A DNA stretch of 64,000 nt from Candidatus Levyibacteriota bacterium (lineage in GTDB: Bacteria > Patescibacteriota > Microgenomatia > Levybacterales > UBA12049): the NCBI GenBank assembly GCA_963716145.1, contig OY970292.1, positions 746,169 to 810,168 of the forward strand, in the 5' to 3' direction. The notes beneath the pieces are model-generated. The model saw nothing but the letters and a program-made list of their open reading frames with translations, did no database searches and was not told the DNA's origin. Shown in pieces: positions 1 through 8,120 of this stretch; positions within the stretch are counted from its first letter, which is position 1; each line of letters starts with the position of its first letter. Position numbers and translations under genes: made by a program.

Positions 1-304
1 TTTTGTTGGGTTATACCAGGCATTCAAATTATTAAACTTTATTGATGCCAATAAAGCCTTTTCCCAAGGTGCTGTTAATACACTCAAGAATATGAAATTT
101 GCCTCTCTCAGTCTTATCGGTTTTATTGTATTAGCAGTGTTTTACATCCGTTTCGTTGCGAGTGGTGATGATCCAGCAGGTCCGACGGCGCTTGGAATTA
201 TTATCAACTTTCGCTTCTATCGTAATTGCAACCGCTGCTGCTGTTTTTCAAAAACTTCTCAAAATGCGGTAGACATAAAATCAGAAAATGATTTAACAGT
301 ATAA
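1..304 (+). CDS. DUF2975-like membrane protein, 5'-truncated by the window, with two compensating 1-nt indels (~206 and ~260)
   Basis: The frame from base 2 reads FVGLYQAFKLLNFIDANKAFS...; the C-terminus AVDIKSENDLTV followed by an XRE gene is the usual DUF2975/YozG pair. The hydrophobic segment TFASIVIATAAAVFQKLL is in another frame between the indels. Confidence 0.75.
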   Translation, partial: FVGLYQAFKLLNFIDANKAFSQGAVNTLKNMKFASLSLIGFIVLAVFYIRFVASGDDPAGPTALGIIINFRFYRNCNRCCCFSKTSQNAVDIKSENDLTV

Positions 305-313
305 GGCAGGAAT

Positions 314-523
314 ATGGCAATAATAATCAACATTGATGTGATGCTGGCAAAGCGAAAAATGAGCGTCACTGAACTCACAGAGAAAGTTGGTATAACCATG
401 GCCAATCTTTCCATCTTGAAAAATGGAAAGGCAAAGGCAATCCGCTTTTCAACTCTGGAGGCGATTTGCAAAGCTTTAGATTGTCAGCCCGGAGACATTC
501 TGGAATATGAAAACAAAAAGTAA
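314..523 (+). CDS. Cro/C1-type (XRE, YozG-like) HTH regulator
   Basis: MAIIINIDVMLAKRKMSVTELTEKVGITMANLSILKNGKAKAIRFSTLEAICKALDCQPGDIL is typical of the family; GGCAGGA RBS-like motif upstream. Confidence 0.9.
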   Translation: MAIIINIDVMLAKRKMSVTELTEKVGITMANLSILKNGKAKAIRFSTLEAICKALDCQPGDILEYENKK

Positions 524-530
524 TAGCATT

Positions 531-818
531 ATGCAACACAAAGACATTGCCAGCGTTTTCGTCGTGACAACTGGCATTTTGATGATACCCTTGGTAGCTA
601 TGCAGTTTACCAGTGAAGTGGATTGGAAGCTGTTTGACTTCATCGTCATCGGCACGCTCCTGATCGGCACCGGGCTCTTAATTGTGCTGGCAGGCAAAAA
701 GATAAAAAGCACCAACCACCGAGTAGCTGCCATTATTGCGCTCTTGGTAACACTTCTTCTCATTTGGATACATCTCGCGGTTGGAATTGTCGACACCTGG
801 CCGCTTGCCGGATCGTAA
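531..818 (+). CDS. Small membrane protein (3 TM)
   Basis: Three hydrophobic segments; follows the XRE gene in the same direction. Confidence 0.65.
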   Translation: MQHKDIASVFVVTTGILMIPLVAMQFTSEVDWKLFDFIVIGTLLIGTGLLIVLAGKKIKSTNHRVAAIIALLVTLLLIWIHLAVGIVDTWPLAGS

Positions 819-994
819 CTGGTCGCCAAGAAAGACATACCCGAGAATACTTTTGAAAATGCTTGCTCAGCCTCATGGAAATGACTAGACCCTACTTTAT
901 GAAATTATGAAAATAAGCTAATTGAGTTTGGAAAAAACAGGCAAAATTTATTTGGCTGCAGCTATATTCGCCAGCTTTTCGGATTGCTTCAAGA

Positions 995-1465
995 TCAAGT
1001 TTTTTCATTGGCAGGAAGACTTTCAGTTACTGCCTCCGCTTTTTCAGGGTCGCGCATCATTTCATCCAAAATTCTTGGTGCTATTTGCCATGTGACACCG
1101 AATTTGTCTGTACACCATCCGCATTGTTCAGCTTCAGGAACTGCTGAAAGTTTTTCCCAGAAGAAATCAATTTCTTCTTGTGTTTCGCACTCCACAATAT
1201 ATGAAGTTGCGCCGTTAAGTTTGAATTGATCAACAGGACCACCATTAAGAGCCATGAAGCTTATTCCATCAAGCTCGTATTCAGCTGTCATAACAGATCC
1301 TTCAGGTCTTCCGGAAACTTCTTCACTTGCTTTAGGAGTTTTTGTGATGTCTCCAATTTTTGCCTGATGATCACCAGGGGCTGAATTGAAAGTATCTATG
1401 TAGTAGTTTGCTGCCTCTTCTCCGTCATTGTTGGCAAACCAGATGCATGTAATTAGTTTACTCAT
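995..1465 (-). CDS. VOC/PhnB-like protein; C-terminus probably frameshifted near 1021
   Basis: Motifs FMALNGGP, QEEIDFFWEKLS and CGWCTDKFGVTWQI; the expected tail (F)LPMKKLDLEAI continues in another frame. Confidence 0.85.
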   Translation of the reverse strand: MSKLITCIWFANNDGEEAANYYIDTFNSAPGDHQAKIGDITKTPKASEEVSGRPEGSVMTAEYELDGISFMALNGGPVDQFKLNGATSYIVECETQEEIDFFWEKLSAVPEAEQCGWCTDKFGVTWQIAPRILDEMMRDPEKAEAVTESLPANEKT

Positions 1466-1466
1466 T

Positions 1467-1895
1467 TTATTTATCAGGAGAAAATTCTATTATCCACTCA
1501 ATACCGTATTTATCTCGAAACATACCCGCATATGAGCCCCACGGACTATCTCCCATAGGTCCTTCTACTTCTCCGCCAGCCGAAAGGCCAGTAAATAATC
1601 TGTCCGCCTCTTCTTTACTTTCCGTATTTACCAAAATCTTGCTTCTGTTTTCGTTCTCATTTACTCGTCCCAGAACTTCCGGAACATCATTGGCTATCAA
1701 CATAGTACCTGTACCGATAGGTAAAGCAATATGCATTATTTTATTTTCTTCTTTTTCTGGCACAGGGAATTCAGCGCTCGCAATGTCTTTGAAACGTACT
1801 ACTTTCGCAAACTCTCCGCCGAATACTGATTTATAAAACGTAAATGCTTCTTCTGCATTACCGTTGAAGTTAATCCAAGGATTTATTGTTGCCAT
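1467..1895 (-). CDS. VOC/glyoxalase PhnB-like protein
   Basis: INPWINFNGNAEEAFTFYKSVFGGE, IMHIAL, WGSYAGMFRDKYGIEW. Confidence 0.9.
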   Translation of the reverse strand: MATINPWINFNGNAEEAFTFYKSVFGGEFAKVVRFKDIASAEFPVPEKEENKIMHIALPIGTGTMLIANDVPEVLGRVNENENRSKILVNTESKEEADRLFTGLSAGGEVEGPMGDSPWGSYAGMFRDKYGIEWIIEFSPDK

Positions 1896-2071
1896 ACAGC
1901 AATAATAGCAAATTAAAGTAATTTGTAAAGAGCTTTTATTTGGCTCCGCCTAATGGACGAAGTCAGAACCTACTATGTTAATATGTAGTTATTTGAATTA
2001 AGCTTGCAATGAATTCTTGCTTATATTGATAAGTGAGTTTAAATAATAGTATAGTATAGTATAGTATATAT

Positions 2072-2461
2072 ATGGCTAATGATCCCAAAAAAAATGAGTC
2101 GTTTTTCAAACATCTTTCCAAGCATCCAATAGATACATTTTTTGAGATATTTGTTTTTTTAGCCTTTACTCCCCTTTATACAAAAGTTACTCCCTGGATT
2201 TCAATTCCCTTAGCATTTATACAAGATATTGTTATCTTGGTCATTATGCTATTACTATTTAATGCAGATTCGGTGCACACTGGGGTTCGTATAAGCTTAT
2301 CAGCAGGTGGAATTTTGGGAGCAATACTAGCAATCGGTATTATTTCTCAATTAATAGAATTTGTTTATTCTAATCTAACTATTTGTATAGTAGGCTTATT
2401 GGTATTTTATATCTATGTTTTTGCAACAAACAAAAGACCTCGATTTGAATGGATTGATTAA
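2072..2461 (+). CDS. Hypothetical membrane protein (~4 TM)
   Basis: 129-aa hydrophobic ORF between two att-like motifs. Confidence 0.6.
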   Translation: MANDPKKNESFFKHLSKHPIDTFFEIFVFLAFTPLYTKVTPWISIPLAFIQDIVILVIMLLLFNADSVHTGVRISLSAGGILGAILAIGIISQLIEFVYSNLTICIVGLLVFYIYVFATNKRPRFEWID

Positions 2462-2552
2462 GCATAGTATGTTCCGCCTGATAGACGACTTTTAATCTAT
2501 GTAAAATATTAAATTTATTTTTCAAATAGGTTTAATGTATTTAACATAACTA

Positions 2553-3281
2553 CTATTTATGAATTTCAAAACCATTAACAGTAAGAATTTTATATTTTCT
2601 ATCAAGTGGAACCCGTTTAGAGATTGTTTTGTTTAGTATCTTGCCAACTGTAACATTCTGGAGTTCTCTACGAAAATCATCTAAAAAAGCACTTATTTCG
2701 GTTGTATTTAGCCAATAAGTGTTAATTAATTTAATTAATTCTTTATCGTTTAATTTCATTGTTTTTCCAAAAAACTCTGGAAAGATTTGCTCAGTTAAAT
2801 TCATATGCTTATCATTTACCCTTGTTCTAAATTCATTTAGGAAGATTCCACGCATTTTTTTTAAAGAATCAAATATAATTTCATGATTTTCGTATGACTG
2901 CACAAAATTTACATATGCGGTTTGTAGATCTGAATACCTGTCCGAAACCTCATTCCATTTATCTAATCTGTGCTTTGTTTGATTATTCCCGTTTACCAAT
3001 GGATTGTTTTGGCTAATTATAAAATAAATCAACCATTGAATAGTTGTACTATAGTTTGAAAACGCTGTTGAAAATTCAAAAAGTTTATTTTGAAAATCAC
3101 TCCATCCTTCATAGATAATCTTGTGTTCAAATTGCTTAGACATTTGCCTAAAAGCTGTTTTAACGGCAATAAATGCGGCAATTAAAGTTACAGATGCACC
3201 AATTAAAACTCCTAGGAGTTGAGCTTCATTAGCATGGAGTGATTTAGTCCACTCGTGTAAACCTAGTATAGCTTCATACAT
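2553..3281 (-). CDS. Hypothetical protein, N-terminal TM plus helical domain
   Basis: 242-aa ORF with TM LLGVLIGASVTLIAAFIAV; -10-like TATAAT just upstream of the start. Confidence 0.65.
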   Translation of the reverse strand: MYEAILGLHEWTKSLHANEAQLLGVLIGASVTLIAAFIAVKTAFRQMSKQFEHKIIYEGWSDFQNKLFEFSTAFSNYSTTIQWLIYFIISQNNPLVNGNNQTKHRLDKWNEVSDRYSDLQTAYVNFVQSYENHEIIFDSLKKMRGIFLNEFRTRVNDKHMNLTEQIFPEFFGKTMKLNDKELIKLINTYWLNTTEISAFLDDFRRELQNVTVGKILNKTISKRVPLDRKYKILTVNGFEIHK

Positions 3282-3432
3282 TTGAATGGATTATATCAAA
3301 AGATAAGCCATATTGCTCCCCAAGCCGTTGATTAATATAACTATAGATTTTGATAGCATAACTAACACAATCCAAGACGTACTATATATTGGAGAATTAA
3401 GAAAGAGATGGAAGGAGATTAAGCTTCTTATC

Positions 3433-4239
3433 TCAAGGGGTTAACTGTTTCAATTCATTTTCAATATACTTGATTTGTGCCATAAACGATTCTACATACC
3501 ATAAGGCTTCTCCCTCTTTTGGTTCAGGACTGTTTCCTGCATGGGCAACACCCCAAACATCTCCTCTATAAGCAACAAGATTTTCAATTAGCTTTACTTG
3601 TATTGGGTGTAAATTAATTTTTTTAGACAGCATTTTAAATGCAGATTCAAAAGTATTCTGAGTTGTAGTTTTTTTACAATAATCCTCAAAAACAATGCAC
3701 ATATCCTTTACCACATCCTTAGGTTTTTTAGATCTTGTAATCAAGCCATCCACTAGATCTCTAAAAACTTGCTGCGTCTTACTTGCAAAAGCTAATGTTT
3801 TATCTGTATCTGTTATGGTTTTTGCAGTTTCATCTTCTATTTTTAGATCAACATGTCCATCTGAGCTGAATTCATATACAGATCCTGAGTTGTTAAAAGC
3901 AAGACATATATCTCTAAAGAGTCTTAGTCTCTTAGTGCTATCCAAATCTCGTTTTGCTCTATCATAGTAAATTTCTATAAAATCGAAGATTTGATCATAA
4001 GTTGTTTTAGTTTCATCACGAAAATCCTCGATTCCTATTATATTGCCAAAATGCATTTGTAGATCTTTACTGAATGCTACATTATGTATCCAGTTAGTGT
4101 TGCCTATGCTGAAATTATATTCGTTTCCACTATAAGGATGTCCATAAAGTTGTAGTATTCTATTTCTCAGGCTTTTTGATGCATCACCGTATCCTGAGTA
4201 TTCTTTTTTTAGGCTATTTCGTTTTGAAAAAGTTTGCAT
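3433..4239 (-). CDS. AbiJ-related protein with a HEPN-like C-terminus (putative anti-phage)
   Basis: N-terminal FSKRN...SLRNRI and YDQIFDFIE resemble AbiJ N-terminal domains; C-terminal YRGDVWGVAHAG...EALW resembles Abi HEPN motifs. Confidence 0.5.
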   Translation of the reverse strand: MQTFSKRNSLKKEYSGYGDASKSLRNRILQLYGHPYSGNEYNFSIGNTNWIHNVAFSKDLQMHFGNIIGIEDFRDETKTTYDQIFDFIEIYYDRAKRDLDSTKRLRLFRDICLAFNNSGSVYEFSSDGHVDLKIEDETAKTITDTDKTLAFASKTQQVFRDLVDGLITRSKKPKDVVKDMCIVFEDYCKKTTTQNTFESAFKMLSKKINLHPIQVKLIENLVAYRGDVWGVAHAGNSPEPKEGEALWYVESFMAQIKYIENELKQLTP

Positions 4240-4280
4240 GTATAATTTAAATTCGAAGTAAATCCGAAGAAATCCATAGG

Positions 4281-4320
4281 TGCTCCGCGACTAGGATTTT
4301 CCTTCGGCTTCGCTCAGGAT
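4281..4320 (-). pseudogene. tRNA-Asn 3'-end fragment joined to a TCCTTCGGCTTCGCTCAGGA hairpin
   Basis: gctccgcgactaggatt is identical to 4480-4496 and is followed by a dispersed-repeat hairpin at 4300-4319. Confidence 0.85.
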
Positions 4321-4345
4321 AAACTGTTTAATTTTGGGAAGTTTC

Positions 4346-4459
4346 GCTCCGCGACTAGGATTTCCGCCAAAGGGCGGATAAACTCCCCTCAGGACCCTGT
4401 CAGCCTACTGGCTGATTGAAGTTAACAGCTTCCTGTCCGCCAGCTGGCGGACTATCGCG
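4346..4459 (-). pseudogene. Full-length tRNA-Asn pseudo-copy carrying three 16-nt hairpins
   Basis: Colinear tRNA blocks gctccgcgactaggatt / aggacc / tgaagttaacagcttcctg / ctatcgcg, interrupted by hairpins at 4363-4378, 4400-4415 and 4436-4451. Confidence 0.85.
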
Positions 4460-4477
4460 AATAATATTCTAAAGATT

Positions 4478-4552
4478 TGGCTCCGCGACTAGGATTCGAA
4501 CCTAGGACCTTGAAGTTAACAGCTTCCTGCTCTACCGCTGAGCTATCGCGGA
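4478..4552 (-). tRNA. tRNA-Asn(GTT), CCA encoded
   Basis: The minus strand TCCGCGATAGCTCAGCGGTAGAGCAGGAAGCTGTTAACTTCAAGGTCCTAGGTTCGAATCCTAGTCGCGGAGCCA folds as a cloverleaf. Confidence 0.97.
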
Positions 4553-4561
4553 GCCAAATCT

Positions 4562-4807
4562 TTACTTTGGAATATATTTTTTTATGAATTCTCTTCCCCG
4601 GTAACTTTTTAATTGTCTTTCTCGGATCAATGCTGATCTGCGATCAACAACTTCTTCTTTATAAATCAGAACCCATTCCCCATCAATCTTTGCCGTAAAA
4701 TGATTTCCTCTTTTTTTATTATGTTCAGTTAGCCTTGATTCTATATTTGCTGTTTGCCCAATGTAAATTTTGTCTTTTAAACCGTTGTGTAAAGCGTATA
4801 CCCACAT
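4562..4807 (-). CDS. Stand-alone GIY-YIG nuclease (UPF0213-like, 81 aa)
   Basis: WVYAL...KIYIGQT...RLTEHN...ALIRERQLKS carries the GIY-YIG motif with conserved R, H and E. Confidence 0.92.
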   Translation of the reverse strand: MWVYALHNGLKDKIYIGQTANIESRLTEHNKKRGNHFTAKIDGEWVLIYKEEVVDRRSALIRERQLKSYRGREFIKKYIPK

Positions 4808-4818
4808 TGAATAATTAT

Positions 4819-4855
4819 ACAGCTTCCTGTCCGCCAGCTGGCGGACTATCGCGGA
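4819..4855 (-). pseudogene. tRNA-Asn 5' fragment with the D-arm core replaced by TCCGCCAGCTGGCGGA
   Basis: acagcttcctg + hairpin 4830-4845 + ctatcgcgga; the flanking blocks match the tRNA exactly. Confidence 0.85.
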
Positions 4856-4875
4856 ATATTTTTACGGTATCTGGT

Positions 4876-4884
4876 ATTTTATCA
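4876..4884 (-). promoter_or_regulatory. Extended -10 promoter for the tRNA-fragment / GIY-YIG / tRNA-Asn unit
   Basis: The minus strand reads TGATAAAAT (TGn-TAnnnT), 20 nt upstream of the 5' tRNA fragment. Confidence 0.55.
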
Positions 4885-4959
4885 CGAAGCCTTATACAAA
4901 TCTATATATAAAAATAGAGTTGAAAAACTTACCCGCTTTCTGCTACTCTTATATGTCCT

Positions 4960-6345
4960 ATGCTCCCCAAATCAATTTGTTTTGTAGATCTTGAAACAAC
5001 AGGAACAAGTGCTTCTTATAACCGCGTAATTGAAATTGGAATTCTTAAAACAATTGATGGAAAAATCGTCAAAAAATACAAAACACTTATTAATCCTCAA
5101 ACTCATATTGATCCTTTTATAGAGCAATTGACAGGAATAAGGCCAGCTGATTTGGAGAACGCTCCTTTATTTGAGGATGTTAAAGATGAAATAGCTGAAA
5201 TTTTGGCTGATTCTGTTTTCGTAGCTCACAATGTCAGATTTGATTATGGATTTCTGCGCAATGAATTCAAAAGATGCGGTACAAGACTAAGTCTTAAACA
5301 TTTCTGTACAGTCAAGCTTTCACGCATTCTTTTTCCTGATCTGAAAAGACACAATTTGGACGCAGTAATTGAAAAGTTTGGTATAAAATGTGAGAACCGC
5401 CACCGAGCAATGGACGATGCCAAAGTGCTTTATGAGTTTTATAAAAAATCCCAAAAGCTAGTTGATAGCGAAGTATTTGAACGAGCTGTAAATATAGCGC
5501 TAAAGAGGCCCAGTATTCCTCTTAACATCAGTCAAGACGTCTTGGACAATCTCCCCGAGTCATCCGGTGTTTATGTGTTTTATGGAGAAGGTGATTCTAT
5601 CCTTTACATCGGAAAAAGTATCAATATCCACGACCGTGTTTTGTCGCACTTTTCAAACGACCATGTCTCTTCAACTGATATGAAAATATCAAAAGAAATA
5701 ACCCACATTGAGACAATTGTGACCTCCGGAGAATTGGGAGCATTGCTTCTGGAATCAACGATGATCAAAAAGCATCAGCCGTTTTTCAACCGCCGCCTCC
5801 GAGCGTCACGGAAAATGACAATTCTTATGAAATGTGTTGATCAAAACGGCTACAATTCCACCGAAATCAAAGAACTTGAGGCTATATCTGTTACTGATAT
5901 AGATAACATAATCGGAGTTTTCAAAAATCCCAAGCAGGTAAAAGATTTTCTCTATATTCTGGCTAAGAATTACCGGCTTTGCCCAAAATTGTTAAGACTT
6001 GAGAAAACGAAAAGCTATTGTTTTTATTATCAGCTTAACCAGTGTGATGGCGCCTGTAAAAATGATGAGCTTAACCTGAAATACAATCTGCGCTTTGATG
6101 AAGCTTTTTACAAGCACAAGATAAGGCCATGGAAGTTTGAGGGCCCGATAATAATTAAAGAAAATAACCATGCTAAAGACGGATTTGTGGTGGATAAATG
6201 GTGTCTTCTCGGCAAAATCAATGCTGACACGGGCTTTGAAGATTTATCAAAAGAATATATATTTGATCTTGATACATACAAAATCCTGAGCAGATTCATA
6301 ACAAAACGCGATAAATCCCTGACAATCAATATGCTGAAAAATTAA
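4960..6345 (+). CDS. DEDDh 3'-5' exonuclease fused to a UvrC/Cho-like GIY-YIG domain
   Basis: FVDLETTG, VAHNVRFDYGFL and HRAMDDA (DnaQ family); LPESSGVYVF...LYIGKS...RVLSHF plus a Cys cluster CFYYQLNQCDGAC. Confidence 0.9.
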   Translation: MLPKSICFVDLETTGTSASYNRVIEIGILKTIDGKIVKKYKTLINPQTHIDPFIEQLTGIRPADLENAPLFEDVKDEIAEILADSVFVAHNVRFDYGFLRNEFKRCGTRLSLKHFCTVKLSRILFPDLKRHNLDAVIEKFGIKCENRHRAMDDAKVLYEFYKKSQKLVDSEVFERAVNIALKRPSIPLNISQDVLDNLPESSGVYVFYGEGDSILYIGKSINIHDRVLSHFSNDHVSSTDMKISKEITHIETIVTSGELGALLLESTMIKKHQPFFNRRLRASRKMTILMKCVDQNGYNSTEIKELEAISVTDIDNIIGVFKNPKQVKDFLYILAKNYRLCPKLLRLEKTKSYCFYYQLNQCDGACKNDELNLKYNLRFDEAFYKHKIRPWKFEGPIIIKENNHAKDGFVVDKWCLLGKINADTGFEDLSKEYIFDLDTYKILSRFITKRDKSLTINMLKN

Positions 6346-6365
6346 ACCTCATGTATAATATGTCC

Positions 6366-6941
6366 ATGAAGGAAATTCTGGGATTTACGACAATCATACT
6401 TGCTATAACTGGACTTATTCCTTACTTTCTGGATATTCTCAAAGGTAAGACCAAACCACATCTTTACTCCTGGATACTTTGGACCGTGACATCAATTTTG
6501 GTTTTTGTTGGGCAAATCCAAAAAGGGGCTGGAGCGGGGGCATGGAACACAGGTATAGTCGGATGCTTATCGCTTTTCATCACAGTCCTGACATTTAAAA
6601 AAGGCGCCAAAGATATAACCAAGTCAGATAAATTGATGTTTGCAATTGCCCTATTGTCAATAATACCCTGGCTTTTAACCAAAGACCCGACACTGTCAAT
6701 TATAATTTTGACTGGAATTAATCTTTCAGCGGTTGTTCTCACAATGAGAAAAACCCTCAAACATCCTGGTAGCGAAAGCTTAATTCTGTATTCAACAAAT
6801 ATTATCAGGCACTTTTTGGCAATAATTGCGTTATCAAACTACAATCTCGCAACATACATTTTCCCGAGCTCACTTTTTATAGCAAATATATTAATGGTTT
6901 TTACTATTTTGAAGCCATCTTACTTTTTTAAGCGAAGCTAA
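6366..6941 (+). CDS. Polytopic membrane protein (paralog of 57856-58440)
   Basis: Multiple TM segments; KGKTKPHLYSWILW and HPGSES motifs. Confidence 0.7.
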   Translation: MKEILGFTTIILAITGLIPYFLDILKGKTKPHLYSWILWTVTSILVFVGQIQKGAGAGAWNTGIVGCLSLFITVLTFKKGAKDITKSDKLMFAIALLSIIPWLLTKDPTLSIIILTGINLSAVVLTMRKTLKHPGSESLILYSTNIIRHFLAIIALSNYNLATYIFPSSLFIANILMVFTILKPSYFFKRS

Positions 6942-7075
6942 TTCTTGCATTTTCCTTACTTTCCTTTTATTTGTTTATATTAAAGAAAAACTAATATATT
7001 AGCATATGGAAACGCAATTATTACTCTTAACATCAGGTGCTGTGGGCTTTTTTGTCTTCATGAAAACCCAATTCC

Positions 7076-8071
7076 TCAATTAGTAAATTCTTGAGAGTAC
7101 ATTTTCCCGTATACTCCCCCATCAATTACTCCTACTCCTATTTTGCCGAAATTTGGACTGAGGATATTTTTTCTGTGTCCCGGACTATTCATAAGTCCCT
7201 GCATGGCAAGCTCTGTTGATGGTGCAAGTGCCAGATTTTCTCCCGCGAAATTAAACTCAATACCCGCTTTCTCCATTCGGTCAAAAGGCGAGACTCCCTC
7301 CGGGGTATAGTGGCTAAAATAGCCTCTAGCAAACATATCATCTGAATGAGCTCTTGCAACCGTGCGAAGTTCGTCATCAAAAGAAAGCAGCTTAACTCCT
7401 GCTTTTTCTCTTTCCTTATTTACAGCTTGAAACATCTCCCGCTCTGCTTGGGAATCCTCTGTGCCCTTTTGAACTTTGAAGTGAAGATTTACCTGACTCT
7501 TGCTTTGAGGCTCAACTGTCATAAAGTTGAGTGTTTCGCTCAATGCTCCGCCAAATACATCATTGAGCTTTTTTTCAAAAAAAGATGTATTTGTTATGAG
7601 CCGGGAGCCGATTCGTGAGTCTGTTACCAAATTTTTAACAAGGGGGGACGAGGGCAAGGACACAATTACTGAAAGCAAAAAAGACAAGACTATAAAAGCC
7701 GAGACTGCGCCTGGCACAAGGCCCAAAAAGTGGTCAATTTTTTTAAATATTTTGTAAATAACAAATGTTGGAGGTATGGAAGGAATCCTGTTAAGCAATT
7801 TCCTAAAAATAATACTTAGCAGTACTTCAGCAACTAAGGCTGTCAAGAAAAATCCTGCCGCATTTGCAAAACCCAAAGGCATAGAAAAAGAATTTATCAG
7901 AAGGGAAGCAACCAAACCATAAAATTTAAGAGCAATTATAAATGAGAGAACAAAGCTTGCCAAATCCAAAAAGGCCAGAGTAAAACCTAAAACATATCCT
8001 TCATGGGCATAAAACAGAATAACTACTACAGTAATAATATCCAGTAGATTTATGCCAAAATTTCCCATCAT
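7076..8071 (-). CDS. CvpA-family membrane domain fused to a CAP/SCP domain
   Basis: N-terminal LDIITVVVIL..HEGYVLGF TM region; ARAHSDDM...YFSH, AGENLA, LMNSPGHRKNIL. Confidence 0.9.
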   Translation of the reverse strand: MMGNFGINLLDIITVVVILFYAHEGYVLGFTLAFLDLASFVLSFIIALKFYGLVASLLINSFSMPLGFANAAGFFLTALVAEVLLSIIFRKLLNRIPSIPPTFVIYKIFKKIDHFLGLVPGAVSAFIVLSFLLSVIVSLPSSPLVKNLVTDSRIGSRLITNTSFFEKKLNDVFGGALSETLNFMTVEPQSKSQVNLHFKVQKGTEDSQAEREMFQAVNKEREKAGVKLLSFDDELRTVARAHSDDMFARGYFSHYTPEGVSPFDRMEKAGIEFNFAGENLALAPSTELAMQGLMNSPGHRKNILSPNFGKIGVGVIDGGVYGKMYSQEFTN

Positions 8072-8120
8072 AATGTATATTATAAAGCAAATTGATCTAT
8101 GCTAAAATAGAAAGACGAAG

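Larger units (their letters stand above)
1941..4300. mobile_element. AT-rich accessory cassette array anchored at the 3' end of tRNA-Asn
   Basis: Three AT-rich orphan ORFs separated by motifs resembling the reverse complement of the tRNA 3' end (1941, 2469, 3313, 4281); no integrase in the window. Confidence 0.6.

Noticed and set aside
2046-2071. (atagt)x4 microsatellite upstream of the 2072 ORF
   Set aside because: Short, low-complexity AT-rich sequence with no evidence of function.
4346-4459. Intron-containing or second functional tRNA-Asn
   Set aside because: The D-arm and T-loop are replaced rather than interrupted, and the acceptor ends and CCA are damaged.
4281-4855. Repeated blocks as a CRISPR array
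   Set aside because: The repeats are tRNA fragments of unequal length with no regular spacers, and no cas genes are present.
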